DNA of 64,000 bases, taken from an uncultured Candidatus Entotheonella sp. GTDB lineage: Bacteria > Tectomicrobia > Entotheonellia > Entotheonellales > Entotheonellaceae. Below, one piece after another: positions 9,756 to 20,516 of this stretch. The notes beneath the pieces are model-generated. The model was given only the letters and a program-made list of their open reading frames with translations, was not told the origin of the DNA and ran no database searches. Within the stretch, counting starts at the first letter, position 1. Every line of letters begins with the position of its first letter. The position numbers were made by a program, and so were the translations under genes. The stretch spans positions 544,001-608,000 of the forward strand of contig OZ244252.1 of NCBI GenBank assembly GCA_965217185.1. Reading direction: 5' to 3'.

Positions 9756-11141
9756 CTATGCCTTTCCCGTCTGCAGGAAATCGTCAGCAACTTTCCATAC
9801 GTCGCCCGCGCCGAGGGTCAAAAGCACGTCGTGCTCTCGTGCGTAACCGTTCAGAAATGGTACCACCTGAGAGGCGTCGTTGAGGTAATACACATCCTTT
9901 TGTCCGTGTGCGGTGACGCCCTCGTATAAGACGTTGGTGGTAACACCCGGAATGGATTCTTCACCGGCGCCATAGATGTCTATCATGATGAGCGTATCGG
10001 CCTCGCTGAATGCCGTGTTGAATTCCCGCTGTAACAGGTGCGTTCGGGTGTATCGGTGCGGTTGAAATACTACGACGAGACGTCTGTTCGGCCATACCGT
10101 TTTGGCAGTCCTGAGCGTGTGGCGGATTTCCTCGGGGTGATGGCCGTAGTCATCGACGACCGTTACGCCATAGCGTTCGCCGCGCGTTTCAAAACGTCGC
10201 TGCACGCCGCCAAAACTTTCGAGGGCACTTGAAATAGCCGATTTAGACAGCCCTAACTCGCAACCTACTGTTATCGCGGCCAAAGCATTGGAGACATTGT
10301 GACGTCCTGGAAGGTTAAGGATGAAGCGGCCTAACGGTGAGTCTTTTCTGATAACCTCAAAAAACGTTTGCAACCGTGCATTAGATATGTTCTGGGCCAT
10401 ATAGTCAGCATAATTATTCAATCCATAGGTCATCACAGGAGCCTTCATTTCGCAATTATTAACTATTTGTCTTAAATTAGGATCATCATTACACACGACG
10501 TTTAATCCATGATAAGGTGCATTATTCATAAATTGCTTGAAATATTGACTTATGTCTTCAAGGTCTTTGTAATGATCAGGGTGTTCCAGGTCCAACGTCG
10601 TAATAACATTCATAACCGGCGGTAACAGAAGGAATGATCCGTCACTTTCGTCAGCCTCGGCAACCACGTAATCGCCCTGACCGAGCTTCGCGTTACTCCC
10701 CAGGCTGTTCAGTCGCGCCCCGATCAGTACGGTAGGGTCCAGACCTCCAGACTCCAGAACCGTTGCGATCAAAGATGCCGTTGTTGTTTTTCCATGCGTG
10801 CCGGCAACGGCAATACCCTGTCTGCCGCGCATCAGTTCCGCCAGCATCGCCGCCCGCGGAATTACCAGGGTATCTTGCGCGTGCGCCGCGATCACTTCGA
10901 CGTTGTCCGGCGATATGGCAGAGGAAACCACCACAATGTCGCATCCCGAGATATGAGACGCTGCATGGCCCTGGAATACCGTGGCACCTGCGTCCTGCAA
11001 CCCATGTGTTACGTCGGACAGGGCTATGTCTGATCCGCTGACGGTGTAGCCGAGTTGAAGCAGGACGGTGGCGATGGCGCTCATGCCCATGCCGCCGATG
11101 CCAACGAAGTGAATGTGACGCGCTTTACGTAGCATAGACAT
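9756..11141 (-). CDS. murC: UDP-N-acetylmuramate--L-alanine ligase
   Basis: HFVGIGGMGMS, GTHGKTTT, EADESDGSF, DDYGHHP, FQPHRYTRT. Confidence 0.98.
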   Translation of the reverse strand: MSMLRKARHIHFVGIGGMGMSAIATVLLQLGYTVSGSDIALSDVTHGLQDAGATVFQGHAASHISGCDIVVVSSAISPDNVEVIAAHAQDTLVIPRAAMLAELMRGRQGIAVAGTHGKTTTASLIATVLESGGLDPTVLIGARLNSLGSNAKLGQGDYVVAEADESDGSFLLLPPVMNVITTLDLEHPDHYKDLEDISQYFKQFMNNAPYHGLNVVCNDDPNLRQIVNNCEMKAPVMTYGLNNYADYMAQNISNARLQTFFEVIRKDSPLGRFILNLPGRHNVSNALAAITVGCELGLSKSAISSALESFGGVQRRFETRGERYGVTVVDDYGHHPEEIRHTLRTAKTVWPNRRLVVVFQPHRYTRTHLLQREFNTAFSEADTLIMIDIYGAGEESIPGVTTNVLYEGVTAHGQKDVYYLNDASQVVPFLNGYAREHDVLLTLGAGDVWKVADDFLQTGKA

Positions 11142-11146
11142 CTCTC

Positions 11147-12265
11147 TCACGCCGCGGGAGCATCGAGCATTTGCAGACACGCGCTGACGATATCACGAGC
11201 GGCATGCGGACGACCCAGGCGGCGACTCTGCGCTGCCTGCTGGCTCAGGCTTGCCGGATCAAGAATGTACGGTTGCAAGCATTCATAAAGCCGCTGTCCG
11301 GTCATCTCTGCGTCGAGAATGACGTGCGCCGCGCCGTGTTCTCGTAATGCCAGGGCGTTGTGGCGTTGATGATCGTCGGCGGCATGGGGATAGGGCACCA
11401 GAATGGCCGGTTTGCCGCAAGCTGTCAGTTCCGCCAGCGTGCTGGCACCGGCCCGGCACAGCACAAGATGAGCCCAGTGATAGCGTTTTGGCATGTCGTG
11501 TAAGAAAGCGCGGACCTCTGCCGTGATGCTACTTCCTTCGTATGCCTCGGTGACGCGGCGCAAATCGGTCTCACCCGTTTGGTGTACGAAACTGACTTGC
11601 TGGCTGTGTGCCTCCAGTAAAGGCAACGCCTCGATCACAGCCTCATTGAGCCGATGGGCGCCTTGGCTGCCGCCCACCACAAGGATGTTGAGACAAGTTG
11701 TGGCGTCGGGCGACGTATCCGACGCCTGGGCGATAATTTCGGGGCGGATCGGCGTGCCGGTACATACAACCTGTGGCTCCGGCAGAAAATCGCTACTTTC
11801 CGGGAAGGCTGTGAACACCCGCTGGGCGTATCGTGCCAGGACGCGCACGGTGAGGCCGGGAACGAGGTTTTGCTCCATGATGACACGCGGCAGACGCAGC
11901 AGTGCCGCAGCCAGCAGGGCAGGTGCCATAACGTAGCCGCCGGCCCCGATAACCAGGTGAGGTCGCCAGCGGTGCAACAGCCGCAGAGCCTGCAGCGTGC
12001 CAATACTCAGCACACCCAAGGATCGGAGCTGGGCCAGTTTCGTGCGGCCTTGCAAACTCTGTACGTTTACCGTGTACAAAGGAAAACCTTCTCCCGGCAC
12101 CAAGCGCTCCTCCAGGCCGCCTCGGCGTCCCAAAAAGGCGACGTCGGTGCCGGGGCAAGCAGCCTGAAAGCACCGAGCCACGGCAATGCCCGGATAGAGG
12201 TGTCCGCCGGTTCCTCCGGCAGCCACCATAATTCGCCATCCCGGCTGACCCGGCATAGATGCCAT
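11147..12265 (-). CDS. murG: Undecaprenyl-PP-MurNAc-pentapeptide GlcNAc transferase
   Basis: GGTGGHLYPG, EQN, GGSQGA, RAGASTLAEL, DDHQRHNA. Confidence 0.98.
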   Translation of the reverse strand: MASMPGQPGWRIMVAAGGTGGHLYPGIAVARCFQAACPGTDVAFLGRRGGLEERLVPGEGFPLYTVNVQSLQGRTKLAQLRSLGVLSIGTLQALRLLHRWRPHLVIGAGGYVMAPALLAAALLRLPRVIMEQNLVPGLTVRVLARYAQRVFTAFPESSDFLPEPQVVCTGTPIRPEIIAQASDTSPDATTCLNILVVGGSQGAHRLNEAVIEALPLLEAHSQQVSFVHQTGETDLRRVTEAYEGSSITAEVRAFLHDMPKRYHWAHLVLCRAGASTLAELTACGKPAILVPYPHAADDHQRHNALALREHGAAHVILDAEMTGQRLYECLQPYILDPASLSQQAAQSRRLGRPHAARDIVSACLQMLDAPAA

Positions 12266-13353
12266 TACGTTTTCCTTCCGGCGATGTTCAGCATGGTTCC
12301 CACAGCAAGCATTGAGACAAGGAGATTCGATCCGCCGTGGCTGATGAACGGCAGCGGCATGCCCTTGGTTGGCAGCAGACCGCTAACTACACCCAGATTC
12401 ATGGTGACTTGCAGGGCCAGGGTGATGAAGATACCAAGTCCCAAATAGCTGCCGAAGGGCTCGTTGCAATTCACGGCGATGTTCAGGATGCGCCACAGCA
12501 GCACGGCAAACAGCGCGATGAGCGCAAAGGCGCCGATCAGGCCCATCTCCTCGCCAATAATCGCGAAGATAAAATCGGTATGCGATTCGGGCAGGTAGAA
12601 CAGTTTTTGCCGGCTCTGTCCCAGCCCAACGCCGGCCCAACCTCCTCTCCCCAGCGCCTTGTGAGCCTGGACGATCTGATAACCGATACCTTGTGGGTCC
12701 TTCCATGGTTGGAGAAAGGCCAGCACACGGTTGAGGTTGTAGCCGGCGAAAAACAATTTGTACCAGAGGAATGGCAACATCCCGGCGGCCGTGAGCGCCA
12801 GATATCGCCATGGCACGCCGGCGATGAGCAGTATCAAACCGGCGGACGCCACCAGAACGACCGCGGTGCCCAGATCCGGCTGCAGCATGACTAGGCCAAA
12901 GACGATGCCCATCATGATGACATTGGGCAGGTATGTATGAACGAGACTCTCCGGACGGTGTGAATTGGCCGCCAAAACGCGGGCCACGTACATGATCAGG
13001 ACGTACTTGGCGAGTTCCGATGGCTGAAAGGAGAAAGGCCCGAGGGTCAGCCAGCGTTGAGCGCCGCCAACTTTCTTGCCAACCACCAAAACCACTACCA
13101 ACAACAGCAGCACAAAGCCCATGGTCGGAAGCGCCATGCGCCGTTGCGTTGGATACGGAACCGAAGCCGCTATCCACATTGCTACCAATCCCAGGCCGGA
13201 CCACGTCAACTGGCGCTTCAGGAAGTACAGGGAATCGTCATAGCGATCCTGCGCCATGATGGCGCTTGTGCTGTAAAGCATCCCCAAGCCGATCGTGACC
13301 AGGACGAGAGTCACGACGAGCAGGGGCAGGTCGGTGCGTCGTGCTGAGAACAT
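12265..13353 (-). CDS. ftsW: Peptidoglycan glycosyltransferase FtsW (SEDS)
   Basis: GAQRWL, FQPSELAK, QPDLGT, LPESHTDFIFAIIGEE, PFISHGGS. Confidence 0.97.
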   Translation of the reverse strand: MFSARRTDLPLLVVTLVLVTIGLGMLYSTSAIMAQDRYDDSLYFLKRQLTWSGLGLVAMWIAASVPYPTQRRMALPTMGFVLLLLVVVLVVGKKVGGAQRWLTLGPFSFQPSELAKYVLIMYVARVLAANSHRPESLVHTYLPNVIMMGIVFGLVMLQPDLGTAVVLVASAGLILLIAGVPWRYLALTAAGMLPFLWYKLFFAGYNLNRVLAFLQPWKDPQGIGYQIVQAHKALGRGGWAGVGLGQSRQKLFYLPESHTDFIFAIIGEEMGLIGAFALIALFAVLLWRILNIAVNCNEPFGSYLGLGIFITLALQVTMNLGVVSGLLPTKGMPLPFISHGGSNLLVSMLAVGTMLNIAGRKT

Positions 13354-13360
13354 AGGCGGC

Positions 13361-14449
13361 TTACCGGAGTTTCAAAGTGCTGAGACTAAGCAGGGCCAAG
13401 GTGATGGCGATGATCCAGAATCGGACGATGACTTTTGGTTCCTGCCATCCCTTTTCTTCAAAGTGATGATGCAAGGGAGCCATGCGGAATACGCGTTTCC
13501 CCGTCAACTTGAACGACGCCACTTGCACGATGACGGATAGGGTTTCGATGACGAACAGGCCGCCAATGATCATTAAGAGGAGCTCGTGCTTGGCGAGCAC
13601 CGCAATCATTCCCAAGGCGCCGCCAAGAGATAGGGAACCCACGTCGCCCATGAAAACCTGGGCGGGGTAGGAATTGAACCACAGGAAGCCCAGGCTCGCA
13701 CCAAGCAGGGCGCCGCAAAATACAGCAACCTCGCCGGCACCGGGTACGTGCGGGATATTCAGGTATTCGGCAAAACGCGCATTTCCCGCCACATAGGAGA
13801 GTCCGGTGTAGGCGAGGGTGGCAATAATCACGGGCCCGATGGCCAAGCCGTCCAAGCCGTCGGTGAGATTGACGGCGTTGCTGGTGCCGACGATGACAAT
13901 GATAGCAAATGGGATGTACCACCAGCCAAGATCAGGCGTGAACTCTTTGAAGAACGGCACGCTCAAGCGCGTCACGCCGCCGCGGTCTTCTGCAATGAGC
14001 AGGAGTACCACCACTATTACACCTGCTACGATGATTTCCGCGCCGAATTTGTATTTTGCCCGTAGGCCGGCGGGGCTTTTCCGCACGGTTTTCAGGTAAT
14101 CATCCCAGAAACCGATAGCACCAAAACACAAAGTCGTGCCCAGCACCAACCAGACGTAAGGCTTTCCCAGGTTGCCCCACAGCAGGGTCGACACGCCAAG
14201 TGCAGCAAGGAGAAGCACGCCACCCATCGTCGGGGTGCCGGCCTTGCTGAGGTGAGACTGCGGGCCGTCGTCGCGCACCACCTGCCCCACCTGCAGGTTA
14301 CGCAACAGCCGGATGACGTACGGACCGATCAGCCAACTGATGATCAGCGCGGTCATGATGGCATAGGCGGTGCGAAAGGTGATGTAGCGAAATACATTGA
14401 AAGCGGAGAAGGTTTGATGCAGCGGGTACAGGACATGGTAGAACATCAA
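13361..14449 (-). CDS. mraY: Phospho-N-acetylmuramoyl-pentapeptide transferase
   Basis: [39 protein letters not shown]. Confidence 0.99.
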   Translation of the reverse strand: MMFYHVLYPLHQTFSAFNVFRYITFRTAYAIMTALIISWLIGPYVIRLLRNLQVGQVVRDDGPQSHLSKAGTPTMGGVLLLAALGVSTLLWGNLGKPYVWLVLGTTLCFGAIGFWDDYLKTVRKSPAGLRAKYKFGAEIIVAGVIVVVLLLIAEDRGGVTRLSVPFFKEFTPDLGWWYIPFAIIVIVGTSNAVNLTDGLDGLAIGPVIIATLAYTGLSYVAGNARFAEYLNIPHVPGAGEVAVFCGALLGASLGFLWFNSYPAQVFMGDVGSLSLGGALGMIAVLAKHELLLMIIGGLFVIETLSVIVQVASFKLTGKRVFRMAPLHHHFEEKGWQEPKVIVRFWIIAITLALLSLSTLKLR

Positions 14450-15861
14450 GACGCCCCCGACTCTGCAACAAGGGCTTCAACGAGATGCTCCATCGCCATG
14501 CCGCGCGATCCTTTGAGCAGTACCACGTCCTGGGGCTGCATCAGTTGAGTCAGCAGACTCAGAACTTCTTGCTGCCTGGTCGTATGGTGGATGCGGTCGT
14601 GCTCCATTCCGGCTTGATGGGCGCCACGGGCGATGTGTTCAGCCGCGAGACCCAGCGCGATCAGGGTGTGCACATTGGTTTGCGAAACCAGGGAGCCGAC
14701 CTCTTGGTGGAATGTCGGACCGTCTTTCCCGAGTTCCAGCATGTCGCCCAGTACCGCGATGTGACGCCCGGTACCGGGAACCCCGGCGAGAAAGTTCAGG
14801 GCTACCTGCATGGATTGCGGATTGGCATTGTAGGTGTCGTCGATTAGCCACACGTCCTCCTGACCGCGGCGCATGGCCAGGCGTCCGTGAATGCCTCGAT
14901 AATGTCGTAAGCCCCAGACGATACGCTCCTCTGGCACCTCAAAGGCCATGCCGACAGCCGCCGCCGCCAGCGCGTTCATAATTTGGTGAGCCCCCGGTGC
15001 GTGAAGCCTGAATTCATGCGTTACGCCGTCCAGGACCACACAACACCTCGTGCCGGCAAGTCCCAAGTTCTCTTGCACCCATCCATGCACATCGGCGTGA
15101 TGCGTTTGTCCAAAGGTTATCAAGCGCCCTGCCGATTGTTGTCCTAAGGCCAAGGCCCTCGGGTCGTCGGCGTTGACAATCGCCACTCCTGATGCATCAA
15201 GCGACGCCGTCAACTCGCCTTTGGCCTGTTGAATGGCGTCAACAGAGCCCAGGCAGCCGATGTGTGCCAAGCCGATATTTGTGATCACGCCAATGTCTGG
15301 TTGGGCAATCTCACATAGACGACTGATTTCGCCCAAATGATTCATGCCAAGCTCGAGCACCATGGTGCGTTTCAGTACGTCCAGACCCAGCACGGCAAGG
15401 GGTACACCGATATGGTTATTCAGATTGCCGCTTGCCTTATGGGTGGAAAACCAAGTCTGCAGAACGTTGGCGATCATTTCCTTGACGGTGGTTTTGCCGT
15501 TGCTTCCGGTCACGGCCACCACCGAGCCCTGAAACCGTTGCCGGTGGGCGATGGCGAGGTTCTGCAACGCCTTTTCCGTGTCCGCGACGCAGATTACGGC
15601 TAGAGCTGTCTCGTGGCCATCCAGAGCAGCTTTGCTGAGGCAGGCCGTATCGGAAACTACGACGCCGGCGACGCCCCGTTGTATGGCGTCGGGCACGAAG
15701 CGATGCCCATCGAATCGCTCCCCGCGCAGCGCGACAAACACGTTACCGGCCTGCACCGTTCGGGAATCGGTGCTGATGCCGCACACGTCTTGTCGTTCGT
15801 CGCCGCGGAGGAGGGTGCCATGTGCCCAGTGCACGAGGTCGGCAACACGCCATGTCGGCAT
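14446..15861 (-). CDS. murF: UDP-MurNAc-tripeptide--D-Ala-D-Ala ligase
   Basis: [45 protein letters not shown]. Confidence 0.98.
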   Translation of the reverse strand: MPTWRVADLVHWAHGTLLRGDERQDVCGISTDSRTVQAGNVFVALRGERFDGHRFVPDAIQRGVAGVVVSDTACLSKAALDGHETALAVICVADTEKALQNLAIAHRQRFQGSVVAVTGSNGKTTVKEMIANVLQTWFSTHKASGNLNNHIGVPLAVLGLDVLKRTMVLELGMNHLGEISRLCEIAQPDIGVITNIGLAHIGCLGSVDAIQQAKGELTASLDASGVAIVNADDPRALALGQQSAGRLITFGQTHHADVHGWVQENLGLAGTRCCVVLDGVTHEFRLHAPGAHQIMNALAAAAVGMAFEVPEERIVWGLRHYRGIHGRLAMRRGQEDVWLIDDTYNANPQSMQVALNFLAGVPGTGRHIAVLGDMLELGKDGPTFHQEVGSLVSQTNVHTLIALGLAAEHIARGAHQAGMEHDRIHHTTRQQEVLSLLTQLMQPQDVVLLKGSRGMAMEHLVEALVAESGAS

Positions 15862-15863
15862 AA

Positions 15864-17351
15864 CTATCGCTTTATCCTATGAAAGGCTGCTCGTGCCACT
15901 TCCCGGTCATCGAAGTGGCAACGTTGTTGACCAATGATTTGGTAATCCTCGTGACCTTTGCCGGCGATGACAACGGTATCCTGCGCCTGTGCCATGGCAA
16001 TCGCCTGCTCAATAGCTTGGCGGCGGTCGGGGATGGCGGTATAGCTGGACGAAGGTACGGTCAGACCATCGACGATGTCTTCGATGATAAGCTGGGGGTC
16101 TTCGGTTCGGGGATTGTCGGAGGTGATGATCGTGTAATCGCTGATGGTGGTTGCGGCTTGGCCCATGAGCGGGCGTTTGCCGGGGTCGCGATCGCCGCCG
16201 CATCCAAAGACGGTGATCAAGCGACCGACGGTTTCGGCCCGCACGAGGTGCAAAACCTGCTCCAATGCTGCAGGTGTGTGCGCGTAATCCACGAACACAG
16301 TCACATCCTGTCCGCAGTCGACGCGCTCCAACCGGCCTGGGACCTTGCGGAGGCGTGCGACGCCTTGTCGAATCGCCCCCGCGTCTACGCCCAAAGCCTG
16401 CGCAATGCCGATGCCGGCAAGCAGGTTGTAAATGTTGTGACGTCCCACGAGAGAAGAACTCAGGGTGAGAGGCCCTTCGGAAGTCGGCAAAACGAAGCGA
16501 ATCCCGTCGAGCCCATAGTGGACAGCATGGGGCTTTAGAGTGGTAGAACTGGCGAGGCTATAGGTCAGTGGACGGGCGTGGGACGTCCGGAGGAGAGCAC
16601 GTCCGTATGGATCGTCGAGATTCAGAACGTGCCACTCCGCTTCGAGGTCCCGAAACAGCCGCGCCTTCGCGTTGAAGTAGGCTGATTCGGAACCGTGATA
16701 ATCAAAATGATCACGACTTAAGTTAGTAAATGCCGCCACTGCAAAAGGGCAGCCTCGTACGCGCTCTTGTGTCAGGGCATGGCTTGAAACTTCCATCACC
16801 GCATAATGGGTGCCCGCAGCGACCATTTGAGACAGCAGGTCGTGCAGCAATGGGGCGTCGGGGGTGGTCTGTGGCGACGGTAGGCGTTTCGATCCGATGC
16901 GATAATCCACTGTGCCCAGCATCCCGACAGACTCTCCGGCGGCCTGCAGGATAGCTTCCACAATGTAGGCCGTGGTGGTTTTGCCGTTGGTCCCGGTAAT
17001 TCCAATCAGGGATAACTGGCGCGCCGGGTGCTGATAGTAGGCGCTGGCCAACATCGCTACTGCCTGGTGGCAATCCGGTACTCGAATGACCGTCTGTCCC
17101 TCCGCCTGCACCCTGGGCCACAGCGTGGCAGGCAGTTCCTCAACGACAAGCACGCTGGCGCCCTTGTCGAGCGCTTCGGTGAGAAAGAGGTGACCATCCG
17201 TACGGGTTCCTCTCAGGGCGGTGAACAGGGTGTCTCGCTGCACCTGGCGCGAGTCCGTTATGAGATGCTCGACTGGGCAATGCGCGCTGCCCGTCAGGAT
17301 CTCTCCCGAAAGCTCGGATATTAGGGTTGCCAGCTCACGATTCGATTCCAA
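15864..17351 (-). CDS. murE: UDP-MurNAc-dipeptide--meso-diaminopimelate ligase
   Basis: TGTNGKTT, MEVSSH, DYAHTP, GCGGDRD, meso-DAP-type DNPR motif, AGKGHE. Confidence 0.98.
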   Translation of the reverse strand: MESNRELATLISELSGEILTGSAHCPVEHLITDSRQVQRDTLFTALRGTRTDGHLFLTEALDKGASVLVVEELPATLWPRVQAEGQTVIRVPDCHQAVAMLASAYYQHPARQLSLIGITGTNGKTTTAYIVEAILQAAGESVGMLGTVDYRIGSKRLPSPQTTPDAPLLHDLLSQMVAAGTHYAVMEVSSHALTQERVRGCPFAVAAFTNLSRDHFDYHGSESAYFNAKARLFRDLEAEWHVLNLDDPYGRALLRTSHARPLTYSLASSTTLKPHAVHYGLDGIRFVLPTSEGPLTLSSSLVGRHNIYNLLAGIGIAQALGVDAGAIRQGVARLRKVPGRLERVDCGQDVTVFVDYAHTPAALEQVLHLVRAETVGRLITVFGCGGDRDPGKRPLMGQAATTISDYTIITSDNPRTEDPQLIIEDIVDGLTVPSSSYTAIPDRRQAIEQAIAMAQAQDTVVIAGKGHEDYQIIGQQRCHFDDREVARAAFHRIKR

Positions 17352-17407
17352 AACCGTGTTGCTCCCTGTGTGTGGTTTGTGCCGTCGTGTGTCTTGTCCT
17401 CAACCTC

Positions 17408-19168
17408 TTACTGCTCTGCCAGACTCAACTCTTCTGTGCGGTTGGCGATGTAAGTGTCTTCGATCTCTGGACGGATCCTGCCGGGTGGAACCTGCAAATG
17501 GTGCAGCGTCTGTTCCGCAATGCGGCGGAACGATGGGGCTGCTGCTGAGCCGCCCCATCGTTTTTTCTTCGGTTCATCGAACATGACGAGTATCACGAAC
17601 CGAGGCGCCTCAGCCGGGGCGTAGCCGATAAAAGAAACCACAACTTTGCTCCGGCTGTAGCGGCCGTTTTCGGCCTTCTGTGCGGTGCCGGACTTCCCAG
17701 CCACCAGGTAGCCGTCCAAGGCGGCCTGGGCCCCCGTGCCCCGCTCAACAACGCCGACCAGGATTGAGGTGAGGCGGTTCGTCGTTTGCTGCGACAGGAT
17801 ACGACGACGGCGCTCGGGCTTGAACGTCTGCTCCAAGTCGCCCTTGGCCATGCGGTCAACAAGGCGCGGCCGTAATAGCCAGCCGCCGTTGGCGATGGCG
17901 GAAAAGGCGGCGACCAATTGCACTGGCGTCACAGTGATTTCCTGCCCAATCGTCAGCGAATCGTGCGACAGGGCCGACCAATCCTCCGGGTGGCGGATTC
18001 CGCCGGGATGCTCAGCCGGCAGGTCAATGAGGGATTTCTCGCCGAACCCGAAGCGCCTGATGTATTCGTAGAACTGCTCGGAACTGATCCGTTCATTTAC
18101 TTTGGCCATGCAGATGTTGCTGGAATTTTCCATCACCTCCGGAAAGGTGAGGAACTCAAATGGCTTATGATCGCGCAGCACGCGGTTGTTGCGCATCGTC
18201 CAACCCTCCTCACAGAAGAAAACCTCGTCCAGATCAACGGTTTTCTCCTCCAACGCCGCTGCCGCCGCAACAACCTTGAACGTGGAGCCTGGCTCTACGG
18301 GGTCGGTGATGGCTCGGTTGCGCCGCCAGGAACGTTGCGCTTTGTTTCGATAGTCGTTCGGGTTAAAGAAGGGATAGGATGCCAAGGTGAGGATGCCGCC
18401 TGTGTACGGATCCATGATGACAACCAGACCGCTGCGCGCGCCTATCGCCTCCGCCTGTTGGGCAAGTTCCTTCTCCGCGATGTGTTGCAGCCGCATATCA
18501 AGCGTCAGGTGAAGGTCTGCCCCACGAGGTGGCCCCGCGTGGGCGTCCTGGTCGAAGCTCACGGTCCGCCCCCGCGCGTCCCGTGTGCCATTGGTGCGAA
18601 GCGGCTGTGCCGCCAATACGTTATCGTATTGGCGCTCCAAGCCTCCCAGACCCTGCTCGTCGACGCCGGCATAGCCTATCGTGGAACCTGCCATAACGCC
18701 TCTGGGGTAAATCCGGCGCGTTTCCTTCTTTATATGAATGCCGGGAAGTTTCAGAGCTTCCAAAGCTGATACTTTTTCCGGCGATACCTGACGCGCCAGC
18801 CACACAAAAGAAGCCTTAGAGGTGAGTTGCTGCTGAAGGCGGCTTTGGGAGAGGGAAGGGAAAATGCTGAATATCTTTTGTGCCGTGGCACCGGGTTGCC
18901 TGACTTCACGCGGTGTCGCATAAACAGAGGGAGCCGGGATGCTGGCGGCCAGGACATTGTTGCGCCGGTCGAAAATGCTGCCCCGCACTGGCGACACGGT
19001 AATCCGACGCCCATACTGCGCCTCCGCCGAATCGCGCCAGTAGGTGTATTGCCCAACCTGAACAACGGTCAATCGCACCAGTATTGCCAAGAAACTAAGC
19101 CCAAAAAACCCCACGACGAGATACAGCCGTGGGCGGCTATAGCCTGTGAAATACCTGACTCGCCTCAT
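17408..19168 (-). CDS. ftsI: Class B penicillin-binding protein (FtsI/PBP3)
   Basis: RGSIFDRR, SxxK (GSTFK), SxN (SSN), KSGT motifs; dcw position. Confidence 0.95.
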   Translation of the reverse strand: MRRVRYFTGYSRPRLYLVVGFFGLSFLAILVRLTVVQVGQYTYWRDSAEAQYGRRITVSPVRGSIFDRRNNVLAASIPAPSVYATPREVRQPGATAQKIFSIFPSLSQSRLQQQLTSKASFVWLARQVSPEKVSALEALKLPGIHIKKETRRIYPRGVMAGSTIGYAGVDEQGLGGLERQYDNVLAAQPLRTNGTRDARGRTVSFDQDAHAGPPRGADLHLTLDMRLQHIAEKELAQQAEAIGARSGLVVIMDPYTGGILTLASYPFFNPNDYRNKAQRSWRRNRAITDPVEPGSTFKVVAAAAALEEKTVDLDEVFFCEEGWTMRNNRVLRDHKPFEFLTFPEVMENSSNICMAKVNERISSEQFYEYIRRFGFGEKSLIDLPAEHPGGIRHPEDWSALSHDSLTIGQEITVTPVQLVAAFSAIANGGWLLRPRLVDRMAKGDLEQTFKPERRRRILSQQTTNRLTSILVGVVERGTGAQAALDGYLVAGKSGTAQKAENGRYSRSKVVVSFIGYAPAEAPRFVILVMFDEPKKKRWGGSAAAPSFRRIAEQTLHHLQVPPGRIRPEIEDTYIANRTEELSLAEQ

Positions 19169-19542
19169 GGTTCCCTCGTTACTATTTGGAGGTCGTGTTG
19201 GGGGTTGTGCTGCGAACGCACGTAAATGATCTGAGTGCTCTGAGGGGTTTTCAAACCGAGAAATTTAGTAGCGATCTCTTCAATACGAGATAGTTGACTC
19301 AGCGAGACGAGTTCCAGACGCAGTTCCTCTTGGCGCTGCAGGGCTTCTACGCGCTGTTTTTGAAGAACGCCTTCGCGGTAGCCCATGTCTACAAGCCTCA
19401 TCTGCGGCCAGAGGTAGATCAAAATGCCTCCTAGCATCGCAACGGTGCAACAAAACAGGACGCAGATAGTCGGCTTGCCCATAATGCGTTCCCGGCGCTG
19501 CCGCCGTACCGTGTCTGATGCCTGCTGTTGTTGGCTTTTCAT
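19165..19542 (-). CDS. ftsL: Cell division protein FtsL
   Basis: Short protein with TM helix, coiled coil and RIEEIA..LGL, between rsmH and ftsI. Confidence 0.85.
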   Translation of the reverse strand: MKSQQQQASDTVRRQRRERIMGKPTICVLFCCTVAMLGGILIYLWPQMRLVDMGYREGVLQKQRVEALQRQEELRLELVSLSQLSRIEEIATKFLGLKTPQSTQIIYVRSQHNPQHDLQIVTREP

Positions 19543-19545
19543 GAT

Positions 19546-20505
19546 CTAGTTCTCGGTGTCCAGTTTTTCCGCGGCTCGAAATCGCGCGCTCCGGCTGCGT
19601 GGATTGGATGCTTGCTCCTCAGGCCGGGGAGCAAGCGGTTTGCGCGTGAGAATTTTCAACTGCGGGCGGAGACCACAGCAGCATTGGGGCAGGCGAGGCG
19701 GGCACTGGCACCCTCGTGCCTGCTGGCGAAAAAATGTCTTCACTTGAAGATCTTCCAGAGAATGAAAGGCGACGACACTGAGGCGGCCGCCACTGCGCAG
19801 CGCCGCCACGGCTTGCGGCAAGGCATCGGCCAGGGCCGGCAACTCGTGATTCACCGCTATGCGGAGGGCTTGAAAGACGCGCGTCGCAGGGTGAATGCGA
19901 GGGGGCCAAGCGGCTCGCGGGATGGCTTGAGCGACGAGGTCGGCCAAACGGCGCGTGCGCGTGATGGCTGAGTTGTCACGCACAGTCACGATCACCTTGG
20001 CAATTCGCCCGGCCCAGCGTTCTTGGCCCAAGGTGCGGAAGATAGTCCGCAACTGTTCGCTGGAAGCCTGATTGATGAGGGTGCTGGCGGTGGTTTCCTG
20101 CCGGGTGTCCATGCGCATGTCGAGGGGACCGTCTTGACGAAAGCTGAAACCGCGCGAGGGGGTGTCTAACTGATGCGACGATACTCCGAGGTCGAAGAGG
20201 ATGCCGTCGACACGTGGGTGCCCGCACTCCTGTAATATCTCCCCGAGATCACGAAAATTTCCATGCCGCGTCAACAATCGCTGACGCCACGGCTTCCCCC
20301 AGTCATGTGCTGCGGCGATGCAGTCTTGATCGCGGTCGATGCCGATCACCATGCTTGACGCCTCACTCGCCTCCAACAAAGCGCGGCTATGCCCGCCGCC
20401 GCCCAGGGTGCAGTCCACATAGACTGCGGGGCTGGAGCTCAGCAAGTGGCTGAGCACCTCCTCTTGCATGACAGCGCAATGTTTAACGAGTGGCGCGGCG
20501 TCCAT
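19546..20505 (-). CDS. rsmH: 16S rRNA (cytosine1402-N4)-methyltransferase
   Basis: DCTLGGGGHS, DLGVSSHQLD, RGFSF, PLDMRMD, FHSLED, NPRSRSA; start reassigned to ATG 20505. Confidence 0.97.
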   Translation of the reverse strand: MDAAPLVKHCAVMQEEVLSHLLSSSPAVYVDCTLGGGGHSRALLEASEASSMVIGIDRDQDCIAAAHDWGKPWRQRLLTRHGNFRDLGEILQECGHPRVDGILFDLGVSSHQLDTPSRGFSFRQDGPLDMRMDTRQETTASTLINQASSEQLRTIFRTLGQERWAGRIAKVIVTVRDNSAITRTRRLADLVAQAIPRAAWPPRIHPATRVFQALRIAVNHELPALADALPQAVAALRSGGRLSVVAFHSLEDLQVKTFFRQQARGCQCPPRLPQCCCGLRPQLKILTRKPLAPRPEEQASNPRSRSARFRAAEKLDTEN

Positions 20506-20516
20506 CGGGGCTTGCC

